From the NCBI GenBank assembly GCA_949292985.1, contig CASFBF010000011.1, forward strand, positions 81,649-145,648: a DNA stretch of 64,000 bases. Reading direction: 5' to 3'. Every line of letters starts with the position of its first letter. The first letter of the stretch is position 1. Under the pieces are notes generated by a model. That model ran no database searches, had not been told where the DNA came from, and saw only the letters and a list, made by a program, of their open reading frames with translations. Source of the stretch: an uncultured Bacillota bacterium (lineage in GTDB: Bacteria; Bacillota; Clostridia; Christensenellales; UBA1242). Made by a program: the position numbers and the translations under genes. Positions 35,294 to 44,217 of this stretch are shown in pieces.

Positions 35294-36612
35294 TGTATTT
35301 CTCCTTTAAAACTATTTCCGTCAAAATCGGTGATAACTGCGTTCAGCATCTGCCCGATTTCTATATTTCCATTATCCACAATTTTGATATCAAAGTCAAC
35401 CGATGGAGAAAGAATTTCGCTGTGACAAGAATAAACTCCATTTGTTTCATCAAAATAGTCGACAAGAACTTTCATTTTACAGCCTATTTGCTTTTTTGCC
35501 AATTCAAAAGCCACTTTTTGCTGAACCTTTTGAGCCTTCTTCAATCTCCTATTTTTTGTAAATTTGGAAATTTGATTTTTCATGAAATAACTAACTGTAT
35601 TTTCCTCTCTAAAATATGGGAAAAATCCAACATAATCTAAGTTTGCTTCCTCCAAAAATTTAAGCAATTTGTTGAATGCTTTTCTATTTTCGCCAGGAAA
35701 ACCGACAATGAAAGTTGAGCGCAATTTGATTTGTGGATAGTTGGTTTTAATTTTGTTAATCAATTCCCTAACAAATTTTTCATCGCCTCGCCTACGCATA
35801 TTTTTTAAAATTTCATTATCAATATGTTGAAGCGGTATATCAAGATAGTTACACATTTTTGGCTGGCTTACAATAAAATCTAATAATTCATCGGTTATCA
35901 TTTCTGGATAAGCATAGTGAATTCTTATCCATTGCAAATCTTTAATTTTAACAAGTTTTTTACAAAGTTCCATCAACATTGGTTTGCCGTATTTATCAAT
36001 ACCGTAACGAGTGGTATCCTGGGCAACCAAAATTAACTCTTTAATGCCACGGCTAACCAACAACTTTGCTTCGTCAACAATTTCATCAATATCTTGGCTT
36101 TTATAACTTCCACGAATTCTTGGAATTGTGCAAAATGAGCAAACATTATTACAGCCATCTGCTATTTTCAGGAATGCATAACCACTATATGTAGTAAGAA
36201 TTCTGTCATAACTCTCAGCACATTTTGATTTTGGCACGCCATACAAGTTTTCTATAATATTAACAATATTTTTATTTTCGCTTAGTTTAACAATGGCATC
36301 AGCATTTGGAAAAGCCTGCTTCAATTCATTAAAATGTCTTTGAGGCAAACAACCAGTAACAATCAACTTTTCTATCACTCCTGCCTTTTTTAATGCTTCC
36401 ATTTCAATTATATTGTCTATGGCTTCCTGCTTAGCTGGTAATATAAAAGCACAGGTGTTGACAATTACAATGTCAGCATCATTAACATCAGCGGTTATTT
36501 TAAATCCATATTTTGAAAGCAAAAAAAGCATCTTTTCAAGATCAACTCGGTTTTTATCACAACCGAGTGAAATGGCAGATACTTTTTTTGTTTTTAATTC
36601 ATCTTTCGTCAT
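35290..36612 (-). CDS. rimO: Ribosomal protein S12 methylthiotransferase RimO
   Basis: 440 aa. ISLGCDKNRVD N-domain, radical SAM CNNVCSFC, and the C-terminal TRAM domain is present. Confidence 0.88.
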   Translation of the reverse strand: MTKDELKTKKVSAISLGCDKNRVDLEKMLFLLSKYGFKITADVNDADIVIVNTCAFILPAKQEAIDNIIEMEALKKAGVIEKLIVTGCLPQRHFNELKQAFPNADAIVKLSENKNIVNIIENLYGVPKSKCAESYDRILTTYSGYAFLKIADGCNNVCSFCTIPRIRGSYKSQDIDEIVDEAKLLVSRGIKELILVAQDTTRYGIDKYGKPMLMELCKKLVKIKDLQWIRIHYAYPEMITDELLDFIVSQPKMCNYLDIPLQHIDNEILKNMRRRGDEKFVRELINKIKTNYPQIKLRSTFIVGFPGENRKAFNKLLKFLEEANLDYVGFFPYFREENTVSYFMKNQISKFTKNRRLKKAQKVQQKVAFELAKKQIGCKMKVLVDYFDETNGVYSCHSEILSPSVDFDIKIVDNGNIEIGQMLNAVITDFDGNSFKGEIQ

Positions 36613-36621
36613 ACTTTCCTC

Positions 36622-39378
36622 TTAGTCGTAGTTGTCCCCAAATATTTGATAGAACTCTTCCAAAGTTATATAAATATTTCTTGGCTTAGCCCCATCTGCA
36701 ACAGAAATATATCCCATTTCTGTCATTTGGTCAACAATCTTACCTGCCCTTGGATAACCAATTGATAAACGGCGTTGAATCATTGAAACCGAGGCCTGTC
36801 CAGCATCAATACATATTTTTAAAGCCTCAGGAAGAAGCGGATCCATACCACCCTTATCGCCAAATTCAGAGTTATTATTTTTTGGCATATTATTTATTGC
36901 ATCTTGTATCTCTTGATCAAATATTGGTTCGTTGTTAAGTGTTACATAGTTTACAATATCGGCAATCTCACGAGTTGTGATAAAGCAACCTTGAACACGC
37001 TTAGGTGCAGATGAATATTCTTGTGGTGCATACAGCATATCACCATGGCCTAACAGTTTTTCTGCACCAGTCATTCCCAAAATTACATCTGAATTCACTC
37101 TGCTTGCCACTTTGAATGCAATTCTTGATGGGAAGTTTGCTTTTATTCCACCCGTAACATATTCAGTAGTTGGATATTGCGTAGCCAAAATCAAATGTAT
37201 GCCTGATGCCCTAGCCTTTTGTCCAAGCCTTATAATTTTATCCTCAACTTCCTTTTTGCCCTGCATAATGAAATCTGAGAACTCGTCAATTATAACAACT
37301 ATAAACGGCAATTTTTTCTTTTTGCCACTCAAAACTTCTGGTGTGAAATTATATTCATCAATATCTTTTACTCTCGCCTCACGAATAAGCCTAAACCTTC
37401 GTTCCATTTCGTCTAATGCCCATTGTAATGCATTGGTTGCTTTTGTAATGTCCGAAATAACTTTTGGAACTATTAAATGAGGTATTCCTTCATATGGCAT
37501 GAATTCTACTTGTTTAGGGTCTATAAGCAAAAGTTTGCAATCGTCTGGTGAAGCCTTATACAAAAGCGAAATTATAATGCTGTTAAGCATAACACTTTTT
37601 CCAGAACCAGTTGTTCCAGCAATCAAAAGATGTGGCATTTTGTTTAATGCCCCCACCATTATTCTTCCTGTGATATCCTTACCCACAGCAAAAGACAATG
37701 GTGATTTTGCATTGTTAAATTCGTTGGAGATTAAAACATCTTTCAGCGATACCATCGCAACTTTGTCATTTGGCACTTCCACACCAACAACATTTCTGCC
37801 CGGAACAGGTGCTTCTATTCTCACATCTCCCCCATTTGCTTCTAAGGCAAGAGCAATATCACTGGATAAGTTTAATATTTTTTTAACAGTAATTCCTGTT
37901 GGCATTTCAAGTTCATATCTTGTAACCGCTGGTCCAATCACAACATTTTGCACTTTTGCAGGAACGCCGAAATCTTCAAGCGTATGCTCTAAAAGCCCTG
38001 TTTTTTCAGGTATATTATCGTCAAACTCACTCATGTTTGTTGATTGTGTTGTAATCAAATCAATAGGCGGTTTTGTATATGAATATGGTTTAAAATTAGG
38101 TTCATCAGCCTGTTCATCGTTGTCGTCTATGTTAACAAAACGCTTTTGACGGTTTTCTTCTCTATTTAAAACATTTCTTTGCTCATTTCTATCTATAATG
38201 TTTTCCCTACCAGTTCTGTCAAACTGATTATCGTTTCTATCCAAAGAGCGCTCATTCCTATCAAAAGTTCTGTCTGCTCTGTCAGAGCGAACATCAAAAT
38301 CTCTATCCCTAACAACATCTCTATCACGCCTTGTCATGTTACGGTCTTCGCTCACAGTATTGTCAATATTAGTCGAAATGTTGTTTTCTTGCATTACCTC
38401 TTTGATTATATCGTCTGCCTCTGAAACAAGTTGTTCAGGCTGTGCATTAGTAACTTCACTGATATTAGAATTGTTTGTGATAGGCAACTCTTCTTTTTTT
38501 AGGCTTTGGATATTTGCGTCCATCTCTCGCCTAAAAGATTGGCTCGACACACCATTTCTAGCATATGAACGAGCATCTGATGAAAAATAAGTGTTTATAT
38601 CCACTTCCGGTGGTGTAAGCAAATATTTTTTTAATTCCTCTCCTTGCAGTTGTTTTGGATCAACCTTTTTTGGAGTTTGAGGCTTTTCAACTTGAACAAT
38701 AGGCTCATTTAGCACTCTTTTGGAAAGCCCAAGTTTTTGTCTTATCTCTTCTGAACGGGTAAGTTTTTGTTCAATATTTCCACTCATAACAACATTAACT
38801 TGTTCTTTTTCTGCCTTTTCGCGTTTAACTTCTTTAATATTCAATTTAACAGGCTTTTCTTGATTTTGTTGCTTTTTAAGATAGATGATAGAGTCGATAT
38901 ACAAAGCAAGGCAAACTACAAAAGCAATACTGAAAATAACAAAAGCCCAAACATAAGTTGTTAGGTATAAAATACAAGTTGTGAACAATCCGAAAACAAT
39001 TCCACCAGCAGTATGTTTTTGAGTGTAATTCTTGGCAAGATATTCGCCAAAGCCACCAACCTTATCACCTACTACTGCAAGTTGAATAATGCAAACTAAA
39101 AAGAAAATAGTTAGGTATAATAATATTGCATATTTTTTTGAAAGTTTATATTTTTTGTTATTTAAAAACCCTACCCCAAGTAAGAACAACAAAATAAACA
39201 AAACATATGCGAAATAACCAAAAGTACCCAAAAGAAAATCTTGCATAAACCCCACAAGATTTGTAAGTAAAAAGAAAAATGCGAGGCAAGAGAGTGTGAT
39301 AAGCACAATCCCCGCAATTTTCTTCGCATTTGGATTTATATTGTTTTTATGTTTTTTGTGAACTTTATACTCAGCCAT
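36622..39378 (-). CDS. ftsK: DNA translocase FtsK/SpoIIIE
   Basis: 918 aa. 4-5 N-terminal TM helices, a D/R-rich linker, motor domain with Walker A GTTGSGKS, and a C-terminal gamma domain ASVSMIQRRLSIGYPRAGKIVDQM. Confidence 0.95.
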   Translation of the reverse strand: MAEYKVHKKHKNNINPNAKKIAGIVLITLSCLAFFFLLTNLVGFMQDFLLGTFGYFAYVLFILLFLLGVGFLNNKKYKLSKKYAILLYLTIFFLVCIIQLAVVGDKVGGFGEYLAKNYTQKHTAGGIVFGLFTTCILYLTTYVWAFVIFSIAFVVCLALYIDSIIYLKKQQNQEKPVKLNIKEVKREKAEKEQVNVVMSGNIEQKLTRSEEIRQKLGLSKRVLNEPIVQVEKPQTPKKVDPKQLQGEELKKYLLTPPEVDINTYFSSDARSYARNGVSSQSFRREMDANIQSLKKEELPITNNSNISEVTNAQPEQLVSEADDIIKEVMQENNISTNIDNTVSEDRNMTRRDRDVVRDRDFDVRSDRADRTFDRNERSLDRNDNQFDRTGRENIIDRNEQRNVLNREENRQKRFVNIDDNDEQADEPNFKPYSYTKPPIDLITTQSTNMSEFDDNIPEKTGLLEHTLEDFGVPAKVQNVVIGPAVTRYELEMPTGITVKKILNLSSDIALALEANGGDVRIEAPVPGRNVVGVEVPNDKVAMVSLKDVLISNEFNNAKSPLSFAVGKDITGRIMVGALNKMPHLLIAGTTGSGKSVMLNSIIISLLYKASPDDCKLLLIDPKQVEFMPYEGIPHLIVPKVISDITKATNALQWALDEMERRFRLIREARVKDIDEYNFTPEVLSGKKKKLPFIVVIIDEFSDFIMQGKKEVEDKIIRLGQKARASGIHLILATQYPTTEYVTGGIKANFPSRIAFKVASRVNSDVILGMTGAEKLLGHGDMLYAPQEYSSAPKRVQGCFITTREIADIVNYVTLNNEPIFDQEIQDAINNMPKNNNSEFGDKGGMDPLLPEALKICIDAGQASVSMIQRRLSIGYPRAGKIVDQMTEMGYISVADGAKPRNIYITLEEFYQIFGDNYD

Positions 39379-39384
39379 GCCTTA

Positions 39385-39413
39385 ATTATAGCATACAAAA
39401 GTCAAGTTTGCAA
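39385..39413 (-). promoter_or_regulatory. Candidate promoter giving a leaderless ftsK mRNA
   Basis: TTGCAA (39413..39408), 17 nt spacer, extended -10 TGcTATAAT (-10 at 39390..39385), 6 nt (taaggc), then ATG 39378. Confidence 0.45.
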
Positions 39414-39454
39414 ATCTCTTAGAGAAAAAATAGTTTATTTTTTTGTCAAATTGC

Positions 39455-40192
39455 TTAATTTGACTGTAATCCAGCCAAATTGTCCGAAACTGTCACAAGT
39501 TCAAAACCTTGGGAAGTCAAAGTATCAATTATTTTTGTAAGCGCATCACGAGTGCATTCGGTAGGATGCATCAATATAAAATCTCCACCTTTGGCATTTT
39601 CAATCGCTCTGTTATAAATTAAGTCTACATCTTGGTCTCTCCAATCAATGGTGTCGCGCGTCCACATAATGGTTTTGTAACCAAGTTCTTCTGCGCATTC
39701 AACGGTTTGACTGTTATAAGCCCCACTTGGTGGTGCAAACAAATTCATCTCTACGCCTGTTATGCTTTTTACAAGGTTGTGAGTTGTTGAAATTTCCTTT
39801 TTACTGCTTTCAGCAGTTAATTTGTCGTGGTCTTTATGAGAATAGGCATGGTTCCCTATTTCATGCCCTTTTTCAACCATTGACACAAGAAGTTCTTCAT
39901 TATCTGCCGCCCAAACACCGCCAACGAAGAAAGTCGCCTTAACACCTTTTTCTTCTAATATATCAAGCATATCCCCCAAATACTCTGTGCCCCAGCAAAC
40001 ATTTATCATCAAACTTATTTTGTTTGAAGATGTATCCCCTTGATAAATGGCTCCTTGTGCCGTGGACGCTTCTTGTGAGTCTTTATTAAGCGTAACGCCA
40101 AAAGCGACCGCAACGCCAATGATGGCAATTAAACCTAATATACATAGGTTTACAATATACTTTCTAAAAACAAAAACATTTAACTTTTTCAT
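39455..40192 (-). CDS. Polysaccharide deacetylase family protein, PdaB-like (sporulation-associated)
   Basis: 245 aa. N-terminal TM anchor and NodB-fold motifs (ATFFVGGVWA, GHEIGNHAYSH). The first motif is INVCWG rather than TFDDG, as in PdaB-type proteins. Confidence 0.75.
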   Translation of the reverse strand: MKKLNVFVFRKYIVNLCILGLIAIIGVAVAFGVTLNKDSQEASTAQGAIYQGDTSSNKISLMINVCWGTEYLGDMLDILEEKGVKATFFVGGVWAADNEELLVSMVEKGHEIGNHAYSHKDHDKLTAESSKKEISTTHNLVKSITGVEMNLFAPPSGAYNSQTVECAEELGYKTIMWTRDTIDWRDQDVDLIYNRAIENAKGGDFILMHPTECTRDALTKIIDTLTSQGFELVTVSDNLAGLQSN

Positions 40193-40212
40193 GCTTCTAA
40201 TCTATGCACGCA

Positions 40213-40250
40213 GAAAAAAATCAAGAACAGTTTTGTCCTTGATTTTTTTA
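40213..40250. terminator. Bidirectional hairpin terminator after pnp
   Basis: TCAAGAACA-gttt-TGTCCTTGA (one G-U pair) flanked by A7 and T7. Confidence 0.55.
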
Positions 40251-40261
40251 AATTTTAAATG

Positions 40262-42352
40262 TTATTTACATTTTTCGACAAGTTTCATGTCAACTCTGCC
40301 TTTATCGTCAATTTTGATAACTTCAACTTTAACCTTGTCGCCAACTTTAACAACATCTTCAACCTTTTCAACACGCTTTGAAGAAAGTTTTGAAATGTGA
40401 ATCATTCCTTCTTTTCCACCTGCAATTTCAACGAAAGCACCAAAACTCATAATCCTTGCAACAGTTCCTTCATAAACTTTGCCAACTTCAAAATCTTCTA
40501 CAATGTTTAAAATAATTTGTTTTGCTTTTTCTGCTTTTGCAGTATCTTCACTTGCAATAAACACTTGTCCATCATCTTCAATATCAATCTTCACACCTGT
40601 TTCATCAATGATTTTGTTGATGGTTTTTCCGCCACTACCAATAACATCTTTGATTTTATCAGGGTCAATCATGAAAGAAATAATTTTTGGAGCGTATTTT
40701 GAAAGTTCTTTTCTTGGCTCAGGAATACATTCAAGAAGTTTATTCATGATAAACATTCTTCCTTCTCTTGCTTGTTTAAGAGCGGTTGTAAGAATATCTT
40801 TATCAATACCCTTGATTTTAATATCCATTTGAATTGCAGTTACGCCTTTTTCAGTTCCTGTAACTTTAAAATCCATATCTCCAAGGAAATCTTCAAGACC
40901 TTGAATATCAGAAAGAACTGCTACTTTTTTAGAGTTGTCATCTTTAATAAGTCCCATAGCAATTCCTGCAACAGGAGAAGAAATTGGAACGCCACCTTCC
41001 ATAAGTGCAAGTGTTGAACCACAAACACTCGCCATTGATGAAGAACCGTTTGAAGATGTTACTTCACTTACAAGTCTAAGAGCATATGGAAATTCTTCTT
41101 CGCTTGGGATAACAGGCTCCAACGCTCTTTCAGCCAAAGCGCCGTGACCGATTTCTCTTCTTCCAGGGCTTTTTAATGGTCTTGCTTCGCCTGTTGCGTA
41201 TGGAGGCATGTTGTAATGGTGAACGTATCTGTTAACTTCTTCATCATCAAGCCCTTCAAGTTTTTGCATATCTGAAACAGTGCCAAGTGTAAGAGATGTA
41301 AGCACTTGTGTTTGCCCTCTTGTGAACACAGCAGAGCCGTGAACTCTTGGAAGAACACCAACTTCACACCAAATAGGTCTGATTTCGGTAAGTTTTCTTC
41401 CGTCAGGACGAATACCCTTGTCAAGAATTTTAGCCCTAACTTTTTCTTTTGTCATTTTATAAAGAACATCGCCGATGGCCTTTTCGCTGTCTGGGAAAAT
41501 TTCAGCAAAATGTGCTTTAACATCTTCATCAACTTTATCCTGACGCTCTTGTCTTTCCGTTCTATCAAAAGTGTCAAGTGCATGGTCAAGCATTTTGTCT
41601 GCGTATTCTCTAACAGCCTTGTCAATTTCTTCTGGCACAACTTCATATTTGATTTTTGTATTAAGAGGTTTGCCAATTTGTTTTTTAACCTTTTTGAAGA
41701 ATTTAACAATTTTCTTAATTTCATCATGTGCAGTCATGATTGCGTCAAGCATAACTTCTTCTGGAACTTCTTTTGCACCCGCTTCAACCATTAACACTGC
41801 CTCTTCTGTTCCACTTACAGTAAGAGCAAGTCTTGATTTTTCTCTTTCATCTTGATTTGGGTTAATGATGAATTTTCCGTCAATTAAACCAACTTGAACA
41901 GAACCTGTTGGTCCTTGGAAAGGAATATCAGAAATTGAAAGCGCAAAACTTGAACCAAGCATAGCCAAAACTTCTGGTGCATGGTCTGGGTCAACAGAAA
42001 GAACTGTGGCAACCACAGAAACATCGTTGTAAAATCCTTTTGGGAAAAGAGGACGAAGAGGTCTGTCAATCAATCTTGAAGTAAGAATTGCTTTATCAGA
42101 AGGTCTGCCCTCTCTCTTTTTAAATCCGCCTGGGATTTTACCAACTGCATACATTTTTTCTTCGTAGTCCACTCCAAGCGGGAAGAAATCAATGCCAGGC
42201 CTAGCCTCTTTTGCCATTGTGGCGTTAACCATAACCACTGTTTCTCCACATCTTACAAGGCAAGAACCGTTGGCTTGTTCACAAAGTGCGCCTGTTTCAA
42301 AAATCACTTTATCTCTGCCTATTTTAATTTCAAATTGTTTTGCATGTGTCAT
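40262..42352 (-). CDS. pnp: Polyribonucleotide nucleotidyltransferase (PNPase)
   Basis: 696 aa. Two RNase PH domains, then KH and S1 ([19 protein letters not shown]). Confidence 0.96.
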   Translation of the reverse strand: MTHAKQFEIKIGRDKVIFETGALCEQANGSCLVRCGETVVMVNATMAKEARPGIDFFPLGVDYEEKMYAVGKIPGGFKKREGRPSDKAILTSRLIDRPLRPLFPKGFYNDVSVVATVLSVDPDHAPEVLAMLGSSFALSISDIPFQGPTGSVQVGLIDGKFIINPNQDEREKSRLALTVSGTEEAVLMVEAGAKEVPEEVMLDAIMTAHDEIKKIVKFFKKVKKQIGKPLNTKIKYEVVPEEIDKAVREYADKMLDHALDTFDRTERQERQDKVDEDVKAHFAEIFPDSEKAIGDVLYKMTKEKVRAKILDKGIRPDGRKLTEIRPIWCEVGVLPRVHGSAVFTRGQTQVLTSLTLGTVSDMQKLEGLDDEEVNRYVHHYNMPPYATGEARPLKSPGRREIGHGALAERALEPVIPSEEEFPYALRLVSEVTSSNGSSSMASVCGSTLALMEGGVPISSPVAGIAMGLIKDDNSKKVAVLSDIQGLEDFLGDMDFKVTGTEKGVTAIQMDIKIKGIDKDILTTALKQAREGRMFIMNKLLECIPEPRKELSKYAPKIISFMIDPDKIKDVIGSGGKTINKIIDETGVKIDIEDDGQVFIASEDTAKAEKAKQIILNIVEDFEVGKVYEGTVARIMSFGAFVEIAGGKEGMIHISKLSSKRVEKVEDVVKVGDKVKVEVIKIDDKGRVDMKLVEKCK

Positions 42353-42379
42353 TTTTAATTATTCTCCTTTACTTAAATA

Positions 42380-42412
42380 AAAAGGGGCAAAAAAACTTTT
42401 GCACCCTCCCCT
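42380..42412 (-). terminator. Hairpin/attenuator between rpsO and pnp
   Basis: Minus strand GGTGCAAAA-gt-TTTTTGCCCC (one mismatch) followed by TTTTT. Confidence 0.45.
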
Positions 42413-42421
42413 TATTAAATT

Positions 42422-42691
42422 TTACTTAACATCTCTTATGCCCAAAGATTTGATAAGCGCTCTGTATGCTTCGATATCTTTATTTTTAAGATAAAGAAGG
42501 AAGCCTTTTCTCTTACCAACCATTTGCAAAAGTCCGCGTCTTGAATGATTATCTTTATGGTTTGATTTAAGATGCTCTGTAAGGTGGTTAATTCTCTCAG
42601 TTAAAAGAGCCACTTGCACTTGAACCGAACCAGTATCACTATCAGACTGTTTATATTGGTCGATAATAGATTTTTTCTTATCTGCGTCCAT
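42422..42691 (-). CDS. rpsO: 30S ribosomal protein S15
   Basis: 89 aa. [35 protein letters not shown] is canonical uS15. Confidence 0.96.
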   Translation of the reverse strand: MDADKKKSIIDQYKQSDSDTGSVQVQVALLTERINHLTEHLKSNHKDNHSRRGLLQMVGKRKGFLLYLKNKDIEAYRALIKSLGIRDVK

Positions 42692-42822
42692 TTTAAACCT
42701 CCATTTTATTTTATCTCCTTATGACGAAGCCAAGCGTCAGAGGTTATCTCGTCATGACTGCGCACATAGGTTTTCTCGACTTTGTTAAATATATCACACA
42801 AAACTAAAAAAGTAAAGCATTT

Positions 42823-44217
42823 TTACACATTCTCAAAAAGTTTTTTCTTGCGTTCTATCATTTCATCAATTCGCTGTATATAATCATTTAAAAACTTAAC
42901 ATTTGGCTGTCTTTCAATGCGTTTTTCAATAGAAAATATGCGCTTTGAAATTGCATTTGCACCAACTGCAATAATAGATGATGTTTCTTCCATACTGTCA
43001 ATATTAAATTGACAAATATCGTCATCTCTATAAAATCCAACATTTTCAAGTCCACCAAGTTGATGTTTTTGCCTGTAAAGATAGTAAGGCTTATACCCCC
43101 ACTCCATAAGTTGATTTTCTGTAAAGGATAAAATTTTTGAAAGATTTTTAAAACCAAGTTCTGGTGTTTGGTCTTTAAAAACCGAACCGTTTTTAACAGA
43201 TAAAGTGTGCACTGTTATATTATTTGGACAAAGTTCCAAAAGTGTGTTAAGTGTTTTTTTGATTGTTGCACTTTTCTCACCCGGCAGGCCAATTATGATG
43301 TCCATATTAACCTTAAATCCTTTTTCTAGCGCAAGAGCATACGCTTCAAAGGTCTGTGCTTTTGTGTGGTGCCTGCCTATTCTTTTTAAAGTTGCATCAG
43401 AAAAGGTTTGGGGATTTATACAAATTCTTGTTACGCCATGCTTTTCTAAAACATCAAGTTTTTCACGAGTAATCGTGTCAGGTCTGCCACATTCAACAGT
43501 AAATTCACTTACTGGAAAACTAAGTTCTGTTAAAAGCATGTCAAGTTCGCTTGCTTCTAAAACCGTTGGAGTGCCTCCGCCTATATAAATGTTTCTTACA
43601 ATTAAGGCTCTATCAAAAATCAGTTTTTTCATTTCTCTAATTTCTTTGATTAAAGCCTGTAAATATGTTGGCATCAATGATTTAACCGCTTTAAGTTCAC
43701 TTGAAATAAAACTGCAATAAGCACACCTTGTTGGGCAAACAGGAATGTTGACATAAAAGTCAACCAAATGGTCATTTCTAATAATACCTTTTTGGTTTTT
43801 TACAATCTTATTGGCAAGCACTGCTTTTTCATGGCTGATTGAAAATTCTTTTTCCAAAAATTCGGTTATTGCATACTCTTTAATTTCTCCGCTTTCCACT
43901 GCTTCTCTTGCCAACGCTGTTGGGCGAATACCAGTAAAACTTCCCCAAGGCAAAGTTCTGCCCTCTTTTTTAGAAATTGCCTTATAAAGTGATAACAAAG
44001 CGTATCGCTTTCTTAAACTTTTTTGTTTAAGTTCACTGCCCGTTGGCATATCATATTCAAATTCGCTAACTTGTCCATCTATTGTAATGATGTTAAAAAG
44101 TTTCCCCGCCAGCATTTGCTCGTGAGAAATATTGGGCATTGTTTGTTCATGCTCATAAAATGCCTCGTATAAATCTATAAGTTCTTTTTCAAATTCTTTT
44201 GCATTTGTTGTAAACAT
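42823..44217 (-). CDS. Radical SAM protein of the HemN/HemZ (oxygen-independent coproporphyrinogen oxidase-like) family
   Basis: 464 aa. CPTRCAYCSF cluster motif. Its position downstream of relA matches the clostridial hemZ-like gene. Confidence 0.75.
   Translation of the reverse strand: MFTTNAKEFEKELIDLYEAFYEHEQTMPNISHEQMLAGKLFNIITIDGQVSEFEYDMPTGSELKQKSLRKRYALLSLYKAISKKEGRTLPWGSFTGIRPTALAREAVESGEIKEYAITEFLEKEFSISHEKAVLANKIVKNQKGIIRNDHLVDFYVNIPVCPTRCAYCSFISSELKAVKSLMPTYLQALIKEIREMKKLIFDRALIVRNIYIGGGTPTVLEASELDMLLTELSFPVSEFTVECGRPDTITREKLDVLEKHGVTRICINPQTFSDATLKRIGRHHTKAQTFEAYALALEKGFKVNMDIIIGLPGEKSATIKKTLNTLLELCPNNITVHTLSVKNGSVFKDQTPELGFKNLSKILSFTENQLMEWGYKPYYLYRQKHQLGGLENVGFYRDDDICQFNIDSMEETSSIIAVGANAISKRIFSIEKRIERQPNVKFLNDYIQRIDEMIERKKKLFENV

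Noticed and set aside
37499-38149. A 216-aa plus-strand ORF antisense to ftsK. Similar long antisense ORFs occur at 2343..2849 (smc), 5560..5985 (plsX), 8312..8794 (pta), 41306..41794 (pnp) and 27825..28175 (mutS).
   Set aside because: All lie entirely inside confidently identified genes on the opposite strand. They have low-complexity Ser/Phe/Ile-rich translations and no RBS. They are typical shadow ORFs of AT-rich coding DNA.
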